Of a stretch of DNA of 46,727 nucleotides, positions 34,122 through 40,829 are shown one piece after another (the stretch's first letter is position 1; each line of letters opens with the position of its first letter). Under the pieces are notes generated by a model. The model was given only the letters and a program-made list of their open reading frames with translations. It was not told the origin of the DNA and ran no database searches. The translations under genes and the position numbers were made by a program. Source of the DNA: a virus; the IMG/VR virus record IMGVR_UViG_3300049435_000037; one strand, given 5' to 3'.

Positions 34122-36116
34122 CTACCAACTAAGGCTGCCGTCCCAAACGACGCTGGCGTTGCCAGCGACCTGCTGCTGGATGGCGTAGTCGATGTCGATC
34201 ACCATCTGGTCCTCAGTGTCGCGCAGGTTTCCGAACTCGCCTGCGCCCAGGTGGTGGCCGCTGTACTCCGTGAACATCAGCTCTCGACACCGGATCTCCG
34301 CGAACCACATGGCCATCACCACGTCGGTGAGGCCTTTGGTCTCGGGGAACCAGGCACACAGCTGCTCAATCATGTTGCGGATCGGCTCGCTGCGCGTCTG
34401 GCAGGGGAGCCTGATCAGGTTATGCCCTTTTTCCCAGCCCTCGAAGAGTGTGGCCATGGAGGCCACGCCGAAGTCGGGATCCCACTTCTTGGAGTCGGTG
34501 TGGTGGGGGTTGATGACGCAGCCGCGCGAGTGGAGCATCGTACGGATCAGCTGGTCCTGCACGATCGACCCCTGGTAGGCGTTCTTCTCGATCCGCCACT
34601 CGTTGATCCGGTACTTGTCGGTCAGCCGCTCGATCTCGTTGCGCATCTCGTGCGGGGGCAGGGCGCGACGGTTGACGACCTCCAGGACCCACCGCACACC
34701 CGACTGCCGGTCAAGACCGATGACCACCATGGCGGTGAAGCCGGACGCGGCCGGGTCAAGGCCGGCCACGACGTACAGCCCTTCCATGCCGTGCTGGCGG
34801 TGCTGGCTCTGGCCGTCGTACATGGGGCCAGGAACGCGGGCCCGGTCGACGCACCCCTGCACCGCCTCCATGGAGAAGGTCGAGTCGTCGGAGACCTGGT
34901 CCTGCATGTAGATCATCGACCAGTTACGGGCCGACATCTTGCGCCGCTTACGCTGCAGCGCCTCGCCGTGCCACATCGGCCAGTTGCCGTCATCGTCAGG
35001 CCAGCCAGCCTCCTCGGCCACCCGCCTGCCCTGGCTGGTCACCGGTGGCCGGTTGGTAACCGGCCACAAGGTCACCCAGTCCCTCGGAGCGTCCGCGTAC
35101 TCCATGACGGCCGGCTGGGTCAGGTACGTCCACGGGCTTTGGCCCTCGACGTAGTAGTGGTCCTTCAAGATCTCGCTGTACAGGTCGACGGACTCGATGC
35201 GGGTGCCAACCAGCAGCATGCGGCCGCCAGCGTCCGCCACCCGGGTACCGACCTGGTTCTGGATCCAGTCGATCTGGCTCTGGAACTGCTGGAAGTTCGT
35301 GTGGTCGACGCAGTCGTCCATGATGGCCAGGTCGGCGCGAGTTCCGTAGATCTGGCCGCCGACGCCCACGGCCTGGACCGTGTAGGCGTGCTCACCCGAG
35401 TCGGAGCCGTTGACCCGGATCTTGGTCTGCGCCCAGGTGTCGCCCGAGGCGAACCCGCCCGGCGGGGCGAACGCCGCCTGCAGAGCGGCGTAGCTGGCAT
35501 TGCCGGCCAGGCGCTCCTTGATGGCGTGCAGGAACTTGCCGGCCATGTCCTGGGTCCGGCTGATGATCAGCACCCGGATGTTGGGATCCTGGCAGATCCG
35601 CCACACCACGTAGTTCACGGACAGCGTCGTGGACTTCGCGTGCTCCGGCGGAGTGTTGATCAGGATGTTGTCGATCTCGCCCTTGACGTAGATCTGCCGA
35701 GGATGCAGATCCCGAGGCTCCCGACCCTCCAGAACATCGATCCACTGCAAGTGGTGCCGGAAGAGCTGAGTGCCCAGGTACTCCGAGCAGAAGTCCGGGA
35801 AATCGGGGATGGTCGCCCTGGCCGTCGCCAGATCCGTGGTCCGCTGCGTGAGGATCAGATCAACCTGATCCCGCCACTCAGGGAAGTTGTCCCGGTAGTA
35901 CTGGTACGCAGACCGGGACCGCTGAGCGGCCCGGCACGCGTCATCAATGCTGAACCCCTTCGTCAGGGCTGCCAGCATCGTGTTGCGGGACTGCTGCGAG
36001 GAGCCGGCACTACGGCGGTTGTCACGGCCGAGCGCAGCGGCGCCGGCCGAACCCTGACGACCCCGGTAGCTGGGGCCATCCTTCGGCTCATCAGCCGGGA
36101 TCTCGATCCTCACCAT
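34122..36116 (-). CDS. terL: Terminase large subunit with an N-terminal HTH-like extension (664 aa)
   Basis: PPEHAKSTT (P-loop-like), LAIMDDCVD (Walker B), VVAGLDPAASG and EKNAYQG nuclease-domain segments. An N-terminal SIDDACRAAQRSRSAYQYYR HTH precedes them. Start ATG 36116 has a weak RBS. Confidence 0.85.
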   Translation of the reverse strand: MVRIEIPADEPKDGPSYRGRQGSAGAAALGRDNRRSAGSSQQSRNTMLAALTKGFSIDDACRAAQRSRSAYQYYRDNFPEWRDQVDLILTQRTTDLATARATIPDFPDFCSEYLGTQLFRHHLQWIDVLEGREPRDLHPRQIYVKGEIDNILINTPPEHAKSTTLSVNYVVWRICQDPNIRVLIISRTQDMAGKFLHAIKERLAGNASYAALQAAFAPPGGFASGDTWAQTKIRVNGSDSGEHAYTVQAVGVGGQIYGTRADLAIMDDCVDHTNFQQFQSQIDWIQNQVGTRVADAGGRMLLVGTRIESVDLYSEILKDHYYVEGQSPWTYLTQPAVMEYADAPRDWVTLWPVTNRPPVTSQGRRVAEEAGWPDDDGNWPMWHGEALQRKRRKMSARNWSMIYMQDQVSDDSTFSMEAVQGCVDRARVPGPMYDGQSQHRQHGMEGLYVVAGLDPAASGFTAMVVIGLDRQSGVRWVLEVVNRRALPPHEMRNEIERLTDKYRINEWRIEKNAYQGSIVQDQLIRTMLHSRGCVINPHHTDSKKWDPDFGVASMATLFEGWEKGHNLIRLPCQTRSEPIRNMIEQLCAWFPETKGLTDVVMAMWFAEIRCRELMFTEYSGHHLGAGEFGNLRDTEDQMVIDIDYAIQQQVAGNASVVWDGSLSW

Positions 36117-36194
36117 GACATGAGTGTGCCCCCTGCTCTGGGATACTGATGAGTGTCGAGCTTCACCAGGTCCAAGAAGGAGGGGGCATCTCTG

Positions 36195-36503
36195 GTGTCC
36201 ATAGAAGCACAGTGGCCCGGTACCTGCCAGCGCTGCACCAAAGGCTGGGGCAAGGGCGACAAGCTTGACCGCCCCAAAAGCGGCGGTCCCTGGATGCATA
36301 CCCGCTGCGCCCGCCAGACCCCAGCCGCCGAGCGGCCGGTCCCCACCAATCTGGACGGCGTCACCGTCACCACCGAGCAGCGGCAGAAGATCGCCAGCGG
36401 CAAGACGCTTCACAAGGATCTGGCCGAGCGTGCCCTGGAGACATGGAAGGTTGACGGCTGGAAGCTCACCGAGGAGCAGGCCGAAGGTCTGATGGGGAGC
36501 TGA
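36195..36503 (+). CDS. Hypothetical Cys/His protein, first gene of the plus-strand arm (102 aa)
   Basis: GTG 36195 lies 8 nt after AAGGAGGGGG. Sequence CQRC...H..C. Confidence 0.65.
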   Translation: MSIEAQWPGTCQRCTKGWGKGDKLDRPKSGGPWMHTRCARQTPAAERPVPTNLDGVTVTTEQRQKIASGKTLHKDLAERALETWKVDGWKLTEEQAEGLMGS

Positions 36504-37950
36504 AGGGCGCTTGTAGGGTTCTCACAAACTTTGTTGTGGGGATCCTCCAAAAATACCCAGGGGGGGTATTCAATTCGCGTTCATGACGACGTATAACGCC
36601 GCATAAGTCCAGTTTTGGCTTTGCGATAGGATACGTCTGACCGTCGGGCCGCAGCGCCCGACGGAAGCAGTTAGAAGCATGGAAGGCCTGATCAAGGGGT
36701 CCGCAGCGACCCCCAAGGGAGCTGCGGGAAGTACCTGGTCGCGCGGAGCGCGAGGACCAAGGGGTCTGGTGGGCATGGGTGGACGGAGTCCATCCCATCC
36801 CATCAGCCCCAGTTAAAAAGCCTGGGGTCAAGGATGACGCAGAGTCATCCTTGCAGGTCAGGGGGCTGATGGGCTGGAGCGGAGCGAACAGCTCATCCGC
36901 AGCGATGAGCAGTCCGCCAGCCTGCTACTGATCAGCAGCCGATAGCTGCTGATCATAGACATGTGGATCACAGCATGTATGCATGCAAGGGCATGCCGAT
37001 CTGTCGATCGGCCAGCCCCCTCACAGGGGGTGGCCGAGGTAGTGGGTAGGTGCAGGTAGTAGCAGGCTCCTCGTCGCAGTGCTGCGCACTGCTCCTCGTA
37101 GCCCGCTCCCTCGGTCGTAGCCGAGAGGCTGGCGCCTCTCACCTACTCCCTCGCTCGCGGTGCCGTTGGTTGACATGACCATGGCTGATCCTCGTACGCC
37201 CGTGCGCGCGTAGGCGCGCCCGTGTGTGCACACCATGCGCACGCGCATCACGCGCGTGCGTGCAGGGATGATCCTTGATCTTGATCCCAGGCCTTGCTGA
37301 TCATGCTCTGTGATCTTCGCAGGGGTAGAACACGTTCTAAATGACTCTCCGTGCACGCCCTCTGAGCTGCGTCTTTGAGAGCTTTACCATCTCTTTGCCA
37401 CGGGATCGCTTGACTCTGACTCACGCCTAAAGGAGCTTGGGGAACGTTCCACCCCAACTCAACAGCCCGGCAGGCAGGCCCCCGCTCCTCAGGAGCGGTT
37501 GTGGCAGCCAGTCTCAGGGGAGCAGCCCGCAGCGCGGGCCACGTGCAGGGATGGGTGAAGCGAGCGGGAGAGGTCCGCAGGGATCTTGAACGGATCGCGT
37601 GGGGACATGATCCATTGACAGCTGAAGAGTCCGACCACACCGGCCCCCGTAGAACGGGGCGCGGACGGGTGACCACCCTGGACATGGCCGTACCCCGAGA
37701 GGGGATGCGGTGAGCCAGGAGGTGAACCGACAGACCAGCCCCGGCAGGGACTGGCAGGGTGTGGGCTACTGGACCCCGTGGACCCCCGCCGTGAGGCGTT
37801 GGGGACGGGACAGACCGTATGACACAGACTTGTCAGTACAGGGCGTGAGACAGGCTCTCACAGCGTTTTCTGTACCACGCTTTGTACTGACCTCTGTCAT
37901 GAGGGACTGGCCGACCGGGCCAGCCCTTGATGATGGTGGGAGAGATCATC
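36504..37950 (+). other. ORF-poor, lower-G+C, hairpin-dense region (candidate origin / early control region / structured ncRNA locus)
   Basis: No ORF here shows the genome's codon bias. More than 20 perfect or near-perfect inverted repeats, a recurring CCGCAGCG motif, palindromes, a GATC cluster and short direct repeats (coordinates in the findings). Confidence 0.6.
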
Positions 37951-38175
37951 ATGGAGCTTCACGAGTTCGGGACGTTCAACCAGTTCGGTGCCCCCGTGAG
38001 GGCGTACGAGCGGGGCGAACTGATCAAGGACTTCAGGGGAGACGAGTGGGTGTATCTCGGCGTTGCCGATGCCCCCTCGCCCGGCAAGAGTGGCAAGGTG
38101 CGCGTTACTTCGCCGACCGGAGACGAGCGGGTGTTCTACCCGACCGTGTTCGACGCGGTGATCTTGCCCAAGTGA
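37951..38175 (+). CDS. Hypothetical protein (74 aa)
   Basis: ATG 37951 lies 6 nt after GGGAGAG. Clean coding pattern. Confidence 0.7.
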   Translation: MELHEFGTFNQFGAPVRAYERGELIKDFRGDEWVYLGVADAPSPGKSGKVRVTSPTGDERVFYPTVFDAVILPK

Positions 38176-38191
38176 TCTAGTTCGCTCGGAG

Positions 38192-38213
38192 CGCACGGCT
38201 TCACGGCCGTGCG
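38192..38213 (+). terminator. Hairpin CGCACGGC-TTCACG-GCCGTGCG
   Basis: 8-bp stem, 17 nt after the stop at 38175. Followed by TTGCGG. Confidence 0.4.
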
Positions 38214-38238
38214 TTGCGGGGGGCAACTAGGCCTCACT

Positions 38239-38259
38239 GATCATGTGGGAGTGATCATG
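38239..38259 (+). promoter_or_regulatory. Conserved 21-nt leader GATCATGTGGGAGTGATCATG (copy 1; includes SD and start codon)
   Basis: Identical to 39483-39503. Confidence 0.6.
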
Positions 38260-38667
38260 GCAACTCAGCTTCACCCCTTGCTCATGGGTGCGTTGTACGA
38301 CGCCACGTTTCTCGATGGCGGTGCAACGGTGGAGATCAGCGATGACGGACAGGTCGACATCCCGGAAAAGGGGTTCGTCGTGTCCGCCACCGCAATGGAC
38401 TTCACGGCGCAAGCCGATGAGGACCCGAGCAAGTTCTTTGACGTGATGGTGGACGTCCTTGCGGACTTCAACCCTCCCGCGTTGGGTGTCTGGCGAGAGC
38501 CTGGCACCAACACGATCTTTGTGGACCCCGTAGAGATCTACGAGCTGCAGGCGGACGCGATGGCGGCCGCCTACGCACGCGGAGAGATCGCGATCTACGA
38601 CCTGTCCACGCAGACCACACTCCACGTGTCCGCTGATGTGGCGGGGTACGAGGGGTACGAGGACTGA
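38257..38667 (+). CDS. Hypothetical protein (136 aa)
   Basis: ATG 38257 follows GGGAG. Good codon bias. Confidence 0.75.
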   Translation: MATQLHPLLMGALYDATFLDGGATVEISDDGQVDIPEKGFVVSATAMDFTAQADEDPSKFFDVMVDVLADFNPPALGVWREPGTNTIFVDPVEIYELQADAMAAAYARGEIAIYDLSTQTTLHVSADVAGYEGYED

Positions 38668-38669
38668 TC

Positions 38670-38762
38670 ATGCCTCGGGGGCACCGGCTGACGTCGGTGC
38701 CCACCGGCGAGGTGATCACCCTTGATCATCCAGTGATCGTTAGGAGAGGCGATCATGACTGA
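38670..38762 (+). CDS. Possible 30-aa peptide
   Basis: ATG 38670 lies 6 nt after GAGGA. Sequence MPRGHRLTSVPTGEVITLDHPVIVRRGDHD. Overlaps the next start by 8 nt. Confidence 0.3.
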   Translation: MPRGHRLTSVPTGEVITLDHPVIVRRGDHD

Positions 38763-38847
38763 ATTCCAAGCATGGTGGACGATCGGCTGCGCGTTCGTGG
38801 CAGTCGTGTACATCCTCGCCGTCTTCCTGATCTTCGGGGAGTGGTGA
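38755..38847 (+). CDS. 30-aa membrane peptide
   Basis: ATG 38755 follows AGGAGAGG. Sequence MTEFQAWWTIGCAFVAVVYILAVFLIFGEW. Confidence 0.45.
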   Translation: MTEFQAWWTIGCAFVAVVYILAVFLIFGEW

Positions 38848-38849
38848 TC

Positions 38850-38948
38850 ATGTCCAACCGTGCCGTCGACATCATGGCGCCGCTGCTCATCGGCGCCACC
38901 ATTGCCGTCGTGGCGTACGTCATCCTGCACACCCTTGGGTGTGTGTGA
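38850..38948 (+). CDS. 32-aa membrane peptide
   Basis: ATG 38850 follows GGGGAGTGG. Sequence MSNRAVDIMAPLLIGATIAVVAYVILHTLGCV. TGATG coupling to the next gene. Confidence 0.45.
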   Translation: MSNRAVDIMAPLLIGATIAVVAYVILHTLGCV

Positions 38949-39193
38949 TGCCTGCATTCACCCACGTCATGGGTACCTGCGTCTTTCCGGATGACCTTGC
39001 CTACCGATTCCAGGTGGGCCAGTTCGTGTACGTCCACACTCAGTGGCCGCACATCAATCCGCTGGACGCGCTTGAGTGCGTGATCACTGATGTCTCGCAG
39101 GCCCCGGAGACGGTCACGCTCTACCCCTGCAATCACCCCACAGAGCAGTTCGACATGCCGCAGGCTGCCCTGTCTGCGCCGATCATGGTTTAG
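38948..39193 (+). CDS. Hypothetical protein (81 aa)
   Basis: ATG 38948 coupled to the upstream stop. Good codon bias. Confidence 0.65.
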   Translation: MPAFTHVMGTCVFPDDLAYRFQVGQFVYVHTQWPHINPLDALECVITDVSQAPETVTLYPCNHPTEQFDMPQAALSAPIMV

Positions 39194-39201
39194 GAGAGGT
39201 C

Positions 39202-39399
39202 ATGATCAAGAACACTGACACCGTATGCGTCAAGGGAAACCGTTGCTCGGTATGCCGGGCAGCCGTAGCGCCCCCGGCGGCCGCACCGGTCAACCCGTAC
39301 GCGCTGCTGAATGTGTACGTCCGGCCGAGCGTCGACAAGATCTACAAGGCCAAGATCGCCCTGCCCCCCACCCACGTCGTCAACCGTGGCTCATGGTGA
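39202..39399 (+). CDS. Hypothetical small Cys protein (65 aa)
   Basis: ATG 39202 follows AGGAGAGG. Sequence VCVKGNRCSVC. Confidence 0.65.
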   Translation: MIKNTDTVCVKGNRCSVCRAAVAPPAAAPVNPYALLNVYVRPSVDKIYKAKIALPPTHVVNRGSW

Positions 39400-39416
39400 C
39401 CCGATTCCCGCTCGTT

Positions 39417-39444
39417 CTGCCGGACCCCCCAAGGGGCCCGGCAG
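39417..39444 (+). terminator. Hairpin CTGCCGGaCCCC-CCAA-GGGGcCCGGCAG
   Basis: 11 bp with one mismatch, followed by GGCTTT. Lies 18 nt after the stop at 39399. Confidence 0.5.
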
Positions 39445-39482
39445 GGCTTTGAGGCCAATCGGTCTGCACAATCCAGCATCTC

Positions 39483-39503
39483 GATCATGTGGGAGTGATC
39501 ATG
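39483..39503 (+). promoter_or_regulatory. Conserved 21-nt leader GATCATGTGGGAGTGATCATG (copy 2)
   Basis: Identical to 38239-38259. Confidence 0.6.
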
Positions 39504-39842
39504 AAACTGGTTCACGCAGAGACTGCCCGGGTGATCAATCCGGGCAGCATGTTGCACGCAACGTCCGGCCCGGCATGGCGGTACGAGCGCATCGTCCCGC
39601 ACCCGGTTGACGGGCACCGGGTGCACGTCTCTCGGCACCACCCGAAGCTTGGGCGGGTGCACAAGGAGTTCCACCCGAGCATCTTTGGATGCTGCGTCGT
39701 CATCGACGTGAAGTTCTACGCCGACACGGCCAAGATCAAGCACTGCATTTCGGTGTTGGGCACGCAGTTGATCTTGCTGACTCTCGGCGGATTCATCGCG
39801 TGGTGGATCGCTGAATGGTGCCACGCACACTTCGGCGGCTGA
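39501..39842 (+). CDS. Hypothetical protein with a C-terminal membrane anchor (113 aa)
   Basis: ATG 39501 follows GGGAG. C-terminal LILLTLGGFIAWWIAEW. Confidence 0.7.
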   Translation: MKLVHAETARVINPGSMLHATSGPAWRYERIVPHPVDGHRVHVSRHHPKLGRVHKEFHPSIFGCCVVIDVKFYADTAKIKHCISVLGTQLILLTLGGFIAWWIAEWCHAHFGG

Positions 39843-39947
39843 TCTTCCGATGAGCATCCCGCACGGGCACAACTGATCAAGTTGAGCTACTGGCAACCCT
39901 GCCAGGCCCGTGCCGGGTGTCCCTCGGATGATCAAGGAGAGGACATC

Positions 39948-40508
39948 ATGAGGATGAACCTGGCAAATGGATCATGGGAGACCCAAGAGAGGCTGCTCAA
40001 CCTGCAGCCGTTCAAGGGGAGCAACTTCTATGCGGGCCCCCCGCCCTACGCGCTCAATACGGGCAGGCTGCCTGCCACGTGGCGCGAGCGGTACCGGGAG
40101 GACGTCGAGACGTGCGGAGTGGTCTACGCCGTCATGTCGTACGCAACGCCCATCGCATGGGTGTGCGCCGACGGAACCGTCGTCATCCCGGACGTCAAGT
40201 ACAGCGTGTCCACAACGCGCCATCAGAGCTACCTGCACGCCCTGCGGCCAAACCTGTCCGATGAGGCGCGGGTGAGGGTCCTGGACAACGCCACCAGGGA
40301 GCGTATGACGCGCTCCGGACGGGTGGTGCATGCTCCCGAGCCTCTGGCACCCCGCGCGGCCGCCAAGAGGCCTACGGAGTACCTCGCCGTACGCCTGGAA
40401 TACAGCGACTCCTACTCGCTGCGGCAGGGCTGGGCCACGTCCTACGTGGACGGGCCAGCATCTCAGGTGGGTGGCTACGCCACGTACGGAACCAATGAGG
40501 AGAGGTAA
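39948..40508 (+). CDS. Hypothetical protein (186 aa)
   Basis: ATG 39948 follows AAGGAGAGG. Conserved-looking core YAVMSYATPIAWV...KYSVSTTRHQ. Confidence 0.75.
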   Translation: MRMNLANGSWETQERLLNLQPFKGSNFYAGPPPYALNTGRLPATWRERYREDVETCGVVYAVMSYATPIAWVCADGTVVIPDVKYSVSTTRHQSYLHALRPNLSDEARVRVLDNATRERMTRSGRVVHAPEPLAPRAAAKRPTEYLAVRLEYSDSYSLRQGWATSYVDGPASQVGGYATYGTNEER

Positions 40509-40723
40509 TGAACAGTTTCGATCTGTACGTGTCCAAACAGGCTCACTACCGCAGCGTGCTGCGAGACGTGAGCGGCGACCGCTGGTGTGCTGCTGGCACC
40601 CCTAGCCAGCCTGGACAGGGCCCTAAGGACCCCCGTGACCCGGTCGGCAACAACCCGACCGGCAACCCCCGCAAGTCGTCCGCCGGTAAGCGTCGGCAGG
40701 AAGAGCGCAAGGGGAAGAAGTAG
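40508..40723 (+). CDS. Small protein with a basic C-terminal tail (71 aa)
   Basis: TAATG coupling. C-terminus KSSAGKRRQEERKGKK. Confidence 0.6.
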   Translation: MNSFDLYVSKQAHYRSVLRDVSGDRWCAAGTPSQPGQGPKDPRDPVGNNPTGNPRKSSAGKRRQEERKGKK

Positions 40724-40740
40724 GCACCATCCCTCAACGT

Positions 40741-40784
40741 CCGGCAGGGCGCCCGAGACTCCACGTCCAGCGCAGCCCTGCCGG
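40741..40784 (+). terminator. Hairpin CCGGCAGGGC...GCCCTGCCGG (10-bp stem, 24-nt loop)
   Basis: Starts 18 nt after the stop at 40723. Confidence 0.4.
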
Positions 40785-40829
40785 GCCTTGACCTGATGGC
40801 CAGGTCCAAGTGATCCAAGGAGAGGGATC

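Noticed and set aside
36569-36597. Sigma-70-like promoter TTCAAT-17 nt-TATAAC upstream of the structured region; also TTGACA-like hexamers at 37169, 37410, 37614 and 40786.
   Set aside because: The -35/-10 pairs are incomplete: the TTGACA-like hexamers lack a TAnnnT at 16-18 nt, and the TATAAC has only a 3/6 match at -35. Actinobacterial promoters are too degenerate to call from sequence alone.
36466-37685. Minus-strand ORFs 36466-36831, 36570-36803, 36858-37142, 37021-37356 and 37248-37685.
   Set aside because: They are mutually overlapping, have no SD, give Arg/Ser/Pro-rich low-complexity translations, and run against the direction of all neighbouring genes.
36600-37700. Possible CRISPR array or CRISPR-repeat mimic, given the many repeated hairpins.
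   Set aside because: There is no regularly spaced direct repeat of constant length. The hairpins have different stems and irregular spacing. No cas genes are present (the Cas4-like gene is a stand-alone phage exonuclease).
37501-38180. Two plus-strand ORFs inside the 'non-coding' tract: 37501-37713 (GTG 5 nt after GGAG) and 37710-38180 (GTG after GAGAGGGG, in GTGA overlap with the former).
   Set aside because: Both have SD-like sequences, so I cannot exclude them. However, third-position G/C bias is weak or lost after about 30 codons. The second runs out of frame through the well-supported gene 37951-38175. Both are built largely of the hairpin sequences. Not called; worth testing by Ribo-seq.
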